From Camelus dromedarius (Eukaryota), in the NCBI RefSeq assembly GCF_036321535.1, contig NC_087437.1:65040001-65104000 (forward strand): a stretch of 64,000 nucleotides of DNA. The letters are read 5' to 3'. A model generated the notes under the pieces. The model did not search any database. It was given only the letters and a program-made list of their open reading frames with translations, and was not told where the DNA came from. This document shows, in pieces, positions 12,552 through 26,500 of this stretch; position 1 is the stretch's first letter; each line of letters opens with the position of its first letter. A program made the position numbers and the translations under genes.

Positions 12552-12578
12552 ACACACACACACACACACACACACACA
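12552..12578. repeat. (CA)n microsatellite
   Basis: Directly visible. Confidence 0.95.
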
Positions 12579-13109
12579 CCCCACACATTATATAATATGC
12601 AAAAACTAACTTTTTTGCTTCACAATATATCTGGATATCCTTCTTTGTTCCTAAAATGTAGTCTAACCCCTTTTTTAAATGGATGTGTAATATTGTAATC
12701 CCTTCTTGATGGACACTTAAAATTTTTCCATTTTTTCCCTTAGAATGAAAAATGCTTCACAGAACATTCTTATGTGATTGATACTGATATATCTATGTAG
12801 ATATCTACCTATCTGTACAAGTTTCGTTATAAGAGGAATTTCTAGATAAGGAATAGGCACATTTTTAATAGTTATTAGCAAATAAGTATGATGATAATGA
12901 TAGCAAAACCTTTTATAGTATTTTCTAGGTACTAGACACTGTTCTAAGTGCTTTGTAGAAAAAATGCCTCTACAAAAAATAAGTATGTGCCAATTTATAC
13001 TTCCTCAAAAATGTATGAACATATTTGTTTCCCTTTATATCCTCACCAGTACTGGCTGTTGACAAAAATTTTAGCTACTGCCAAGCACATAAATGGAAAA
13101 ATATCTTTC

Positions 13110-14725
13110 CCTATCAATATACCCATGGCATTTTCCATAGAACTAGAACAAATAACCTAAAATTTATATGAAACCACAAAAAGACTCCAAATTGCCAAAG
13201 CAATCTTGAGAAAAGAGAACAAAGCTGGAGGAATCAAGCTCCTTGACTTCAGACTATACTATAAAGTTAAAAAAACAGTAATCAAAACAGCACGGTACTG
13301 GCACAAAAACAGACACATAAAACAATGCAACAGAATAGACAGCCCAGAAATAAACCCACACACTTATGGACAACTAATCTACAACAAAGGAGGTAAAACT
13401 ATACAATGGAGAAAGGACAGTTTCTTCAGGGAAACTGGACAGCTAAATGGAAATCTAAAAGAATGAGATTCGAATGTTTCCTCACACCATCTATTAAAAT
13501 AAACTCAAAATGGATTAAAGCCCTAAATATAAGACCTAAATCATAGAACTCCTAGATAAGACTATAGGCAGAACAGTCTTTGACATAAAAATTGCAGCAA
13601 TATTTTTTTTTTTGGATCTGTCTTCTAGGGCAAAATAAAGAAAAGCAAAAATAAATAGGACATAAACTTAAAAGCTTTGCACAGCAAAGGAAACCATCCA
13701 CAAAATGAAAAGACAATCTACTGAATAGGAAAGAATAATTGCAAATCATATGACTGATAAGGGGTTAAGATCTGAAATCTATAAACAGCTCATACAAGTC
13801 AGTATCAAAAATAAATTAAAAACCCGATTAAAATATGGGTGGAAGACTTGAGTAGACATTTTCCAAAGAGAAGATATACAGATGGCCAAAGGCACATGAA
13901 AAAATGCTCAGCATCACTAATCATCAGAGAAATACACATCAAAACCACAATGAGAAATCATTTCACACTTATCAAAATGGCTATCATTAAAAAGCCTACA
14001 AATAATAAATGTTGGCAAGGATGTGGAGAAAAGGGAACCCTAGTACACTGTTGATGAGAATGTAAATTGGTGCAGCCACTATGGAAAACAGTATGAAGAT
14101 ACCTTAAGACAGAACTACCATGTGATCCAGCAATTCCATTCCAGGGTATATATCTGAAGAAAACAAAAACACTAACTCAAAAAGATACATGCACTCCAAT
14201 ATTCATAGCAGCATTATTTTAAAAAGCTAAGATATGGAAGCAATCTAAGTGTCTTTCAACAGATGACTGGATAAAGAAAACGTGGTATATACATACACAA
14301 TGGAATATTACTGAGGCATAAAAAAGAATGAAATTCTGCCATTTGCAAAAATGTGGATGGACCTAGAGGGTATTATGCTTAGTCAGGCAGAGAAAGACAA
14401 ATACGATATGTTAATACTTATGTGTGGAATCTAAGAGATGAAATGAATGTATATAAAAAACAGAAATAGATTCACATACATAGAGAACAAACTAGTGGTT
14501 ATCAATGGGGAGAGGAGAAGGGGCAGGGGTATGGGATTAAGAGATACAAACTACTATATATAAAATAAACAAGCAAAAAGGATATATTGTACAGCACAGG
14601 GGAATACAGCCATTAATTTATTATAACTTTAAACGGATTATAATCTATAAAAATATTAAATCACTATGTTGTACACCTGAAACTAATATAATATTGTAAA
14701 GCAATTAAACTTCAATTTAAAAAAA
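13110..14725 (+). mobile_element. 5'-truncated L1 (ORF2 3' part, 3' UTR, A tail)
   Basis: ORFs 13206..13466 and 13839..14054 are ORF2 peptides including the start of the CCHC motif ([15 protein letters not shown]); 3' UTR ends cttcaatttaaaaaaa. Confidence 0.92.
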
Positions 14726-16752
14726 GTTTTTTTTATGAGATGCTTTGCTATATAGCACATGGCCAGTTTTTTTTTTTTTTAATTTCACGTGGACTTGAAA
14801 AAAACTGTATATCTCAAACTGTTCATGCAGAGTTCTATATATGTCTACTTAAGTCAAGCTTCTTAATGATACTTTGCAAATTGTATTAATTTGGGGTCTC
14901 CTGAATCTATCAATTTCTGAGAGGGGTATACTAGAAATCTCCTACTATGAAATGAATTTATTAATTTCTCCTTGAAATTATGTTAAATTTTTGGCTTATT
15001 CATGTCTAGGCATACTCATGTAACTCCTTCATAGTGTCAGACACTGTAGGAATGAAACTATTAAATTATTAGAAAAAAATCTTTTAATCTTAAAATTTGC
15101 ATTTTGAAAGCATTAGTGGGTCTGATCAATTTTTCATATATTTACTGGCCATTGCATATCTTATACTGTGAGACAGACTTAAATCCAGATAGAAATTTTG
15201 CAGGTGATAAAAATGGCTTTTTATACCAGAAATAGAGGCTTATTCAATAAATGAATATTGATATGCACTCTTTACAAATACCACATTTGTCAAGTCTCTC
15301 TCAATACCTATTTTAAATATACTGCTGCAGAGGAGGGAAATTTAGATTCTTAAATCCTAAACTAAAATTCCAGACATCTCAAACATGAAAATGTAAAAAT
15401 TAAACCACAGAAACACTAGTACAATTGACAGACATCTAAAGATAAACCTGAAAAAATAATTCAACCTGAGCAGTAAGCACTGGCATAGCAGGGTCAAGAA
15501 AATATTCAAAAGAAGACAGTCTAAGGAACATCCTATACAAACATCTCAAGGTAAATTCTTATTCAAAGTTAGATCTTTATGCTTAGATAATGTTAACTTA
15601 TCCTCCACAATACAATGCTTCAATACAATGTTTTTATTAAGATCTCTGCTAAAAAACTGCCATATAGTGGAACCTCTTTTTGTATTGTAAAATTATTGTT
15701 GAAGATACTATATAGTTTAATGCTCCAAACAACAGGTTCTATATGACAAATTCCTTTTAAAATTTAGTAGGAGGAAAGAGTCTTGAGTCTTTGGAACCTA
15801 TCTCTTAAATAATACAAAATATGCTACTTAGGTCTTCATTTTTGCATTAGTGGATAGGAAGCTCAGATATAAATTCAATGTGTTAATAATTGGCAAATTT
15901 GCTTCCTCTTCCCCTTCAAAATCTTGATTTTCTGTTCTAGTATTTTATTATACACATGCATAAAATGACACCATGATTCAAATCCATTTTGGAAACAGAT
16001 ATGATATAATAATAAAATAAAATTCAGGATCCCTTCTAGCAAAAAGGTTCTGAACTTATATCTTCTTTTCTGTTTGTAAAGGGAACACTAATATATTAGG
16101 GAACTAATACTACAGTGGCCTAGAAAGGGGCAAGTGGAAATAGCTATATGCAAGTTATGAAGGAAAAATTTAGAAGCAAATACACTTTGGTGACCAGGGT
16201 CTTACTCTTACTACAATTACCATAACACCAACACCCAAACTGCAGCTAGGAAAAAAACGGAGATTTAAGTTTTCTTACTTTCAAAATGACTGTGCCTCTC
16301 TAGAAACATCTTCCTTCTGAGAAGTAAGCAGCAATTCAGAAGAACTTGCCCGCTGCTTCAGCTTACTACATCTCCTACTTCACTATTGGTTTGGTGACAT
16401 CTTAGACATCTACAGTCTGGCTCTACACAAAAAACTTCAATAGGAAGATGCTGTGAAGAACTGAATTTGAATCATCACTACTGTCAAAAGGAAGAAAACT
16501 CCAGTTACACATATCTAAATAGTTACTGTTTTCCCCTGAATAATTAAAAAATATATAAATTCTCATATAGGTATAGGCTTATGCACATAATACTCCAAAT
16601 CATAACCTACACTCTTCTCCAGGAAAAATCCATGAAAAAGACATTTTGCTCTCAGTAGAATTTTAGATTCCTTGTCAATTAAAATGAAAATTTTCACTTA
16701 ACATTTCTTAATAATTTCTTGTAAAGGGACATTATATACACATAGATTTTAC

Positions 16753-16898
16753 CTCTTTCAATATCATCCATTGGAGATGCTGGGGACATCTTGTTTTCGG
16801 ATGGAGAGTGTTTTATAAGGTTGGGAGTCCTAGTTGAATTCCTCATTTGTTGCTGCTGTTGCTCTATACGATACTGCATTTTACTGCTTCCTTCAACT
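16753..16898 (-). CDS. EAF2: EAF2 coding exon 4 (VEGSSKMQYRIEQQQQQMRNSTRTPNLIKHSPSENKMSPASPMDDIER)
   Basis: Acceptor gcag|A, donor G|GTAAAA; 146 nt. Overlaps ORF 16694..16879. Confidence 0.96.
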
Positions 16899-17818
16899 CT
16901 GCAATTAAGAATATCAAAAGGTCAAAACAAGTATAACAGCAATATAACAACAATTTCAATTCACAAAGTTACTGAAGTTGACCACTTATTCTTTTCCCTA
17001 GAGATCTTTAAAGTGATATTCAAGGATTAAACATTAATTTAATTCATTATTTAACAAATATTTATTGAGCCTTGCTATATGCATAGCACACACACAAGTC
17101 CACTGAGGGATACAAATGTGAATAAACGCGAAATCACTACTCAAAATTGAATACATAAGACATACACAAGTGACTAAAATAAAATGAAATTATACGTAAG
17201 TGTATAAGGTATAAGATAGACCTTAAATTCTGAAGTTATCATTTCTGTTAAAATTAAACCATTTTACCATTTTTCATTCATAACATTAAGACATGTTACT
17301 AAAGGAGAGTCACATAATTTCCCTTCAATACTTTTAAGAAAAGAATATGCAATACAATTATATTGAATTTGCCTCTCCCATTATCAGTCACCACATCCTC
17401 TTAGTTCTTCCTTCACAAGGCATTTAGAACTTCACTTTTCTCTTCATTCTTACTCTCAAAAACCATGATTTATGCATTTTTGTTTCACACATTGTTTCAT
17501 TTAAGTTAGTTTGTTTGGTGGATTCATACTTCAAAACAAGAATTAGATTCTTGGTAAAAAACACTTTAACATGTAATTACTGCCAATAAGGCAAGGTCCT
17601 AATTTCATAGTTAATATTGAAGGCATTAGCCTCAACCTACCTTAATAACCTCTAGTCTACTATCAACCACGATCCCCACTTTCTAATAGTCTACAAAGGC
17701 ACAAAAACAAATCTGTGCTCTATTCAAGTAAGTCTTACTCATAGGCTCCAAGTAAGTCATATATATCCCTGCCTTCAGGCCTTGCTTACATCCTCATGGT
17801 CTCTCTGATCATTTAAAT

Positions 17819-17985
17819 CAGTAGTTTCCAAACTTTCCTACAAATAAAAATCACCTGTGGAAATGGGTAATTTAAAAATAGAGCTTCCCAGGTTCCTTCT
17901 CCGGTCTGTACTTAGATTTGGGAACTAATATGTTTAACAAGCACTCAAAGGTAATTCCTATCATTAAATATATTTGAGGGGGGAA
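17819..17985. mobile_element. MER5/MER117-like hAT MITE
   Basis: cagtagtttccaaactt...aatcacctg...tttaacaagcactc...ggtaattc resembles the Charlie MITE consensus. Confidence 0.5.
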
Positions 17986-18650
17986 AAAGCCCTAAATTTT
18001 AACTTCTTCTCAAGGTACATCAATAAGGGCTCTCTGAATGCTCCAATCAATCATAACCTCTTCCTTCCTTTAATTCCTAGAACAATTTTTGTCTATACTA
18101 TTTGTATGGCTTTTAGAGCGTATCCCTCATATTACATGTTAATTAATGCACTGCCTATTTCCAAAAATTTTTTTGAGATGGCTATATTCTCTTATTGTCT
18201 TTTCTAGTGGAACTGTCTGTTAATCCAATTAAAATGTTTAAGATTTGAGGTTAGTATTTGTAAAGGAAACTATCCTTTTTCTAGTGCCTTACATATCTAG
18301 GTGCTTGATAAATTTTTACTAATGAATATGAAATTATTTAAAAAAGTATATAATGACTTCTTTCAGTCCAGTTCTATGAAAGCACCTACAACAGAATAAG
18401 AGATACACCTATACATACAGAAAATATTCAGAAGCAAAACAAGCTTTGCATTATCACAGGGGGAAATGGTTAAAGCTTTTGGATATAGATCTCCATCAAA
18501 TTTAAACTTAGAAAAAGATAATAACATTTTTATACCACACAGAAATAATCCTTATATAATAATGTGACTTAATCCAATAGCTTTTTCCACTGACATTTCC
18601 TTAGCAATTTATGTGTTGATAAAATAAAATTTATTTTATTAACCACATAC

Positions 18651-18787
18651 CTTGTTTTTTTAACAGTGATGTTGCTGTTGAGTTTTTCTAGTCGACATTC
18701 CCCAGTATCATGGTTAATAATCAAAATGCATTCTTTTAAATAAGGTTTCTTTGAACCTTTGAAAACAGTTACTGGTGTAGTTGATCC
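18651..18787 (-). CDS. EAF2: EAF2 coding exon 3 ([46 protein letters not shown])
   Basis: Acceptor cag|GGA, donor AG|GTATGT; 137 nt, open in the spliced frame. Not present in the ORF track; translated by hand. Confidence 0.97.
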
Positions 18788-19229
18788 CTGTTTAAAAAGT
18801 TAATTATTATTACTTGAAATTTATAATAGAAATTCAGTTGGGAGGGCCACTGAGATCTTCTGTCTTTCTCAATCTATTTTATACTTCAAGTTACCTAACT
18901 ACCTAAACTTACTACTCTGGCAACAAGTACTACAGTAAAAAATACAGATAAAGACAGGCTGAGATCTCAAAGCTGCTGTCATTGAGGAAAGAAAATAGAG
19001 GAAGTACTTGCCCTGAGGAAGAATTTGCAGATGTGTAGATGTGATCTGCAATAGGCAATTGGGATTCAATTCTAATGCAACCAATATTTCTTACAAAAAA
19101 GGGAAAAGAAACCCTGAATCATATTTCCTACCCCTCCTCTTCTTCCATCCTAAGTTTAATTTTTTAAATCTGGCATTTCATTAAAGTGGTGCTTCCCTAT
19201 GCAGATTAAGGAAAATGAATGTATCAAGA

Positions 19230-19950
19230 AACATGTTACACTAAACCTACTGGTTAATTTTAGCATCATTAAAAGTGGGACAATCAGAAATTATATGCTT
19301 CATGATGTGATATAAAAGGTATGCAGAATCATCTATAAAAGTATTTTTGCCTAAAAAATCCCCACAAAGAATCTAACTCTCGTCAAGCCTTTAGATACAA
19401 CTACCAGTTTATAGGAAATATGAGGAATAGAGGAACAAGTTGAATAATACCAGAAAGAAGTAATTTGAAATCCAAAATGTGGATATTTTCTCTGGGACAA
19501 GTAACCTGATTTCACCAACAAACCAGTGGCATGAAAGTGGGGAGGGACTTTTACAGAAGAAAAGAGACTTAAGAAACATAATATCAAAATACAATAATAG
19601 GACTCTTAGATGGATTCCGAGGGGGAAAAACTGAAAAAAAATTTTTTGAGACTATCGTGAAAATATGAATATGGACTAAATTTTATAATTAATTCTGCTA
19701 TGGGTGATAACAGTCTGGTTAGTATGGTAGTTAGGTAAAAATAAAAATATCCTTATCAGTTAGAGATGAGTATGTAAACATTAATGTAATGGCATGTCTG
19801 GCTGGGATTGCTTTAACATATGTCAGGAAAAAAAAGTAGTACGAAATGATATAAAAAAGATTAGCAAAATGCTGATAACTATTAAAGGTCAGTGATGAGT
19901 ACCTGGTGGAGTTCATTATATTATTCTATTTTTCATAATAAAATATTAAA
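19230..19950 (+). mobile_element. Old L1 (L1MD/ME-type) 3' UTR
   Basis: Recalled old-L1 3' UTR text (aatctaactctcgtcaagcctttagat..., gggattgctttaac..., gagttcattatattattctat). Confidence 0.65.
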
Positions 19951-20252
19951 GAATCCTAGATTCTTACTAATAACTAACATCTACCTACATGCTCCTCCTC
20001 TGTCCTTTGTCTCTGCCTCCCTTAACCCTGAAGGAATTTTATGTTTCTCATTCTCTTATTTTATCCCACATATAAGTATCCCTAAACAATATATCATTAT
20101 ATTTACTTGGTTTTGAAGTTTACAAAAGAACATTAAATTTTTAGAGCACTGACCGATTATAATAATTTTGTCAAATACAATAGTAATATTAGATCAGGTT
20201 AGAAAAAGGTGATTTCTAAAAAGATTAAAGGGCATATCATATTTAAAAGTTT

Positions 20253-23235
20253 TTATGATAAAAACTCTCACCAAAGTGGGTACAGAGGGAACATATCTCA
20301 ACATAATAAAAGCTATATATGACAAACCTACAGGCAGCATAGTACTCAACGGTGAAAAACTCAAAAGCTTCCCACTAAAATCTGGGATGAGACAAGGTTG
20401 CCCACTATCACCACTCCTATTCAACATAGCCTTGGAAGTCCTAGCCACAGCAATCAGGCAAGAGAGAGAAATACAAGGGATCCAAATTGGAAAAGAAGAG
20501 GTAGAAGTGGCACTATATGCAGATGACATGATACTATATATAGAAAACCCTAAAAGATCCACACAAAAACTACTAGAAATAACTGAAGAATTCAGCAAGG
20601 TAGCAGGTTACAAGATTAACGTTCAAACATTGGTTGCATTTCTTTACACTAAAGATGAATCAACAGAACAAGTAAAGAAACAATCCCCTTTAAAATAGCA
20701 CCCAAAGTAATAAAATACCTAGGAATAAATCTAACCAAGGAGGTGAAAGACTTATACATGGAAAACTATAAAACACTGATTAAGGAAATTAAATTAGACT
20801 TTAAAAAATGGAAAGATATCCCATGCTCCTGGATTGGAAGAATCAATATTGTTAAAATGGTCATACTGGCCAAGGCAATCTACAGATTTAATGCAATCTC
20901 TAACAAATTACCCAGGACATATTTCACAGAAATAGAACAAATCATAATAAAATTTATATGGAACCACAAAAGACCTAGAATTGCCAAAGCATTACTGAAG
21001 AAAAGGAAGAGGCTGGAGGAATAACTCTCCCAGACCTAGACAATACTATAGAGCTACAGTAATCAAGACAGCATGGTTTTGGTACAAAAACAGATATATG
21101 GAGCAATGGAATAGAATAGAGAGCCCAGAAGTGAACCCACAAACTTTTGGTCAACTAATCTTTGACAAAGGAGGCAAGAACATACAATGGAATAAAGACA
21201 GTCTCTTCAGCGAATGGTGTTGGGAAAACTGGATGCGGCATGTAAATCAATGAAGCTAGAACACTCCCTCACATCATACACAAAAATAAACTCAAAATGG
21301 ATCAAAGACTTAAACATAAGACAAGATACAATATCAGTGGTTTATAGTTTTCTGTGTATAAATCTTTCACCTCCTTGGTTAGATTTCTTCCTAGGTATTT
21401 TATTACTTTGGGTACTATTTTAAAGGGGATTGTTTCTTTACTTTCTTTTTCTGTTGATTCATCATTAGTGTAAAGAAGTGCAACTGATTTTTGAACGTTA
21501 ATCTTGTAACCTGCTACCTTGTTGAATTCTTCAATCAGCTCTAGAAGATGTGGTATATTTATACAATGGAATACTACTCAGCCATAAAAGCTGACAACAT
21601 AACGCAATTTGCAGCAACATGGATGCTCCTGGAGAACGTCATTCTAAGTGAAGTAAGCCAGAAAGAAAAAGAAAAATACCATATGAGATCGCTCATATGT
21701 GGAATCTAAAAAAAAAAAAAGGACATAAATATAAAACAGAAACAGACTCATAGACATAGAATACAAACTTGTGGTTACCAAGTGGGTGGAAGGTGGGAAA
21801 GGACAGACAGGATTTCAAAATTGTAGAATAGATAAACAAGATTATACTGTATAGCAGAGGGAAATATACACAAGGTCTTATGGTAGCTCACAGAGAAAAA
21901 AATGTGACAATGAATATATATATGTTCATGTATAACTAAAAAATTGTACTGAACACTGGAATTTGACACAACATTGTAAAGTGATTATAAATCAATAAAA
22001 AATGTTAAAAAAAGACAAGATACAATAAACCTCCTAGAAGAAAATATAGGCAAAACATTATCTGACATACATCTCAAAAATGTTCTCCTAGGGCAAGCAA
22101 TAGAAATAAAAGCAAGAAAAAACAAATGGGACCTAATGAAACATACAAGCTTCTGCACAGCAAAGGAAACCATAAGTAAAACAAAATGACAATCTATGGA
22201 ATGGGAGAAAATTTTTGCAAATGATGAAACCAACAAAGGCTTGATCTCCAGAATGTATAAGCAGCTCATACGACTTAATAAGAAAAAAAACAAATAACCC
22301 AATCCAAAAATGGGCAGAAGGCCTAAATAAGCAATTATCCAAGGAAGAAATACAAATGATCAATAGGCACATGAAAAAATGCTCAATATCACTAATTATC
22401 AGAGAAATGCAAATCAAAACTGCAATGAGATATCACCTCACACCAGTCAGAATGGCCATCATTCAAAAATCCACAAACGACAAATGCTGGAGAGGCTGTG
22501 GAGAAAAGGGAACCCTCCTACACTGCTGGTGGGAATGCAGTTTGGTACAGCCACTGTGGAAAACAGTATGGAGATTCCTCAAAAGACTAGGAATAGACTT
22601 ACCATATGACCCAGTAATCCCACTCCTGGGCATATATCCAGAAGGAACCCTACTTCAAAAAGACACCTGCACCGCAATGTTCGTAGCAGTACTATTTACA
22701 ATAGCCAAGACATGGAAACAGCCTAAATGTCCATCAACAGATGACTGGATAAAGAAGATGTGGTATATTTATACAATGGAATACTATTCAGCCACAAAAA
22801 ACAACATAATGCTATTTGCAGCAACATGGATGTCGCTGGAGAATGTCATTCTAAGTGAAGTAAGCCAGAAAGAGAAAGAAAAATACCATATGAGATTACT
22901 CATATGTGGAATCTTAAAAAAAAAAGAACATAAATACAAAACAAACAGACTTATAGACGTAGAATACAAACTTGTGGTTGCCAAGGGGGAGGAGAGTGGG
23001 AGGGGACAGACTGGGATTTCAAAACTTGTAGATACTGACAGGCATATGTAGAATAGATAAACAAGATTATACTGTATACCACAGGGAAATATATACAAGA
23101 TCTTGTGGTAGCTCACAGCGAAAAAAAAATATGACAATGAATATATGTATGTTCATGTATAACTGAAAAATTGTGCTCTACACTGGAATTTGACACAACA
23201 TTGTAAAATGACTATAACTCAATTAAAAAAAAAAG
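20253..23235 (+). mobile_element. Young 5'-truncated L1 (RT domain to A tail), interrupted by a nested L1
   Basis: ORF 20255..20698 carries RT motifs [10 protein letters not shown] and YADD; ORF 22356..23051 carries the CCHC motif [18 protein letters not shown]. Frameshifts and stops present, so non-functional. Confidence 0.96.
21334..22011 (+). mobile_element. Nested 5'-inverted (twin-primed) L1 insertion
   Basis: Inverted ORF2 segment 21334-21544, then sense 3' end 21543-22011 with A tail. Perfect 16-bp TSD aagacaagatacaata at 21318-21333 and 22012-22027. Confidence 0.92.
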
Positions 23236-23660
23236 GAAAAAAAATTAACAATCAGTAGAGATTTAACATATGACCACAAGGAGGAGTATGAGATAAATTT
23301 GGTCATTGAGAATGCCATAAAAGAGGCGTAGGTTAGACTTCTGAGAGGCTGGGAGAGAAATTGATGAAACCAAAGCAAGGAACAGGTTTTCCCCCTTATT
23401 TCTAAGATGAAAATGATCTACAGGAAGTCAAGTACGCATAGCACACAGATGAGGACACATCCAGAGCAGTCCTAGAAGAGGGAGATGTGGAGTACTTAGC
23501 TGAAGCCCTGGTCAGGTAGAGAGCCAGGAGCACGATCATGACAAAACTAAGTTGGGCCTACCTGGCTGGTAAGCTTATTTTTAAGATGTCTTGACTGAAA
23601 ACAAGTAAGAACTCCAAAATAGCAATCCAAGGACTCCAAATTACATTTAAAAGACTCATA

Positions 23661-23718
23661 CTATATATATATCTATGTATATATATAAATACACACACAC
23701 ACACACACACACACACAC
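23661..23718. repeat. Compound (TA)n/(CA)n microsatellite
   Basis: Directly visible. Confidence 0.9.
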
Positions 23719-24753
23719 GTATTTTAATTTGTATTCTTACCCAGAATAGGATACTTTTTTAAATTATAATACATTATTGTACTCTGAGTTTCTGAAGAAT
23801 AAGTACTGGATCAGAAATTTTTTTTTATTGCTCTTAGCACCTAAAGTACTAAGCTCTTCACAGATACTCAATGAATGCCAAATATGAACAATGTGAACAT
23901 TTTTATCATAAATAACAAATGAAATAAACCTTTCATATACTCTCTACCTGCCTTTTCCACTTTGAACAAGTTTTTTTTAATTAAACTTTTTCCTCATTAA
24001 AGTGAGCATCTTCTTATTTTAAACTTCAATTTCTTGCCATGTCCCTGATTCAATTCTCCAAATAAAGAGTATTAAAATATCAAGGTACCAGGAAACTTCT
24101 AAGCATATGAACTTTCCTTGCCTCTAAGTAACCACTGAATACATCCTACCATCTCCATGTTAACTGCTATAACCCAACTTCAGAACTCAATCATTGTCTC
24201 ACCTAGATTACCATCATCCTCCTTCCTACTCTCCTTCCAATTTTGTTTCCTATCTGTTGACCGGCAAATCCGATGATGCCTGATTATGAATACCACAAAA
24301 AGAAATAATCATAATGGAATGGAAGAGTACAGTAGCGCTCCTAAACATGAGGGAAAACAAAAAGAAAAGAAGAGATGTTTGATGAAACCAATAAAGAACA
24401 AAAAAGAGAAAACAAATTCAAATAACTAATACATATAAGATGATAGAAATAAAAATCAAGTATATTGACTTTGAACTAAATGTGGATAGAATTCTCCTAA
24501 CAAAAATGGAAAGCATTACACCGGGTTTAAAAATGAAACACAGAATATTCTGTCAACAAAAGATATACTTAAAACAAAATGTAAGCTAAAAAAAAGTAGA
24601 GACACTAAGATTCCATGAACATGCAAACAAAAAGAAAGCAAAAGTGGCACTATTAATATTAAATAAGGTGGTATTAGGCTTAAAATCACAAAAACAGGAT
24701 AAGAAAGGTTTATTATACAATGATAAAATATATAGTTCATTTAAAAGTATACT

Positions 24754-25047
24754 AGAAATAGACTTACAGACACAGAAAACAAATTTATGGTTATGGGGGA
24801 GCGGGTGGGACGGGATAAATTGGGAGTTCAAGATTTGCAGATACTAACTACTATATATAAAATAGATAAACAACAAGTTTATACTGTATAGCACAGGGAA
24901 CTATCTTTAATATCTTGTAGTAACCTACAATGAAAAAGAATATGAGGAGTATATGTATGTACATGTATGACTGAAACATTATGCTGTACACCAGAAGTTG
25001 ACACAGCAGTGTAAACTGACTATACTTCAATTTGAAAAAAAGGGGAA
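24754..25047 (+). mobile_element. Short L1 3' UTR insertion inside an older L1 remnant (about 24260-24740)
   Basis: 3' UTR text with A-rich tail; TSD aaaagtatact at 24743-24753 and 25048-25058. Confidence 0.88.
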
Positions 25048-25959
25048 AAAAGTATACTGTAACAGGACATTAAAATAGGATTCTGGTCCTAAAATAAGCT
25101 GAAGTCCCAAGAATGTGTTATGCTATCTTCCCATGTGAGCTAAGTAAACTCAATGGAAAGAATCAGACTAGGTTCACCTTGGATTGGAGGGTTGTCCAGA
25201 GTGGTATAGCAATCTGTCAGACATGTGGAACTCTCACAAGTCCAGGGTTTGAGGGCTAAAGTTGTTAAGCAACCACTAGAGATGCATTCGTTGCATAACA
25301 GGAAGTATAGTTGGAAGGCTGAGGGGTATTTAATCCAGGCCCACAAAAAGTACCCCACAAAATAGAGAGCCAGCACTAACAATATGACAAATCCTAACAA
25401 TCAAGTAAATTTTTTCCTTTCAAAATTCAGCATTTTGAGATTTTATAGCAGTCAACCATAGAGAATTGTTTGTAAAAAGGAGAGATTAGCAAATGCTCAT
25501 TATTAATCCCCTTAACAGTCTTCATTTTTATTAGTTTCTTCTATTTGATACTACCAAAGAAAACCTAGAGGAATGAGAATTAGAAAATCTACCCTATCAA
25601 AGAACCACCAGAACCTGAAGGTACTCTTAAAAGTATAAAATTTCTATCTTATGGAATGTCTCCAAGCATCTAGGCATTTTTACCAAGATATGAAGGCAAG
25701 TTCATAAAGAGAATCAGAGAATCTAAACGCTTCAAACTAATGATCATTATATTTCCACAAAATGCCCACAAAATTAGTAACACTGAAGAAATGTAAACCT
25801 CCTACTTATTTAAAGAAGTTCTTTAATTTAGGGGAAAAATCCACAAAATTTAAGAATGTAATTTCTATTCTTATTTACAATTGTTTAAGGACTCTAACGC
25901 CCAGCAGGAAAAAAAAATTGCTCTTAACAGGTAGTAATTTTAACAGTTTTCTTTCATTC

Positions 25960-26500
25960 CAGCGATCTGAAAGAGTCCCAGGATAAAATTCAAATTTTTC
26001 TGCATTACACATTAGGCCCTTCTTTATCTGATTCCTAAATACCTTTCCATCTCTCACTATGTCCCCATATGTCCCCCTTCTTACCTAGCCACTGTTTCTT
26101 ACCTAGCCACATATAAATACAAGAATACTTATATGTGGTTCTTCAAGTGTAACAGACTCTTTTGTTGCTTTGTCTTATTCCATGTCTTTTTCTTTCTCTG
26201 CCTAAAAGGTTCTTCCCTCTTTCTTTCACATGAGTAATTCCAACTCATCTTTAAGACAGCATATCCTGATGTCTCCTCTCTCTCCCCTCTCCCTCCCACT
26301 GCAGGCTGAGTTACCTCTCTTTTATACTCCCATAATATTCTGTGTATTCTCTTATGATAGTCCTTATATTACAAAATTTTCAGTTATCTCCTGCCTTCCT
26401 CATTAAATGGTAGTATTTTTTAGGACACTGACCATGTCTAGTCTACCTCTGTATTCCCAAAAGCTACCTAGCAAAGGACTTGCCACACAGAAAATACATG
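25960..26500 (+). mobile_element. L2 fragment
   Basis: Pyrimidine-rich L2 3' region ending gaccatgtctagtctacctctgtattccc...cctagcaaaggacttgccacacag. Confidence 0.6.

Noticed and set aside
15602..15753. Another exon-like minus-strand segment in EAF2 intron 4 (...RGSTIWQFFSRDLNKNIVLKHCIVE)
   Set aside because: The donor would be ATAAGT rather than GT, the acceptor is weak and no single frame spans it. Worth revisiting only if the 16279 or 1747 candidates give protein hits.
20255..23051. Active reverse transcriptase or a novel RT-based system
   Set aside because: Ordinary L1 ORF2, 5'-truncated and broken by stops, frameshifts and a nested insertion.
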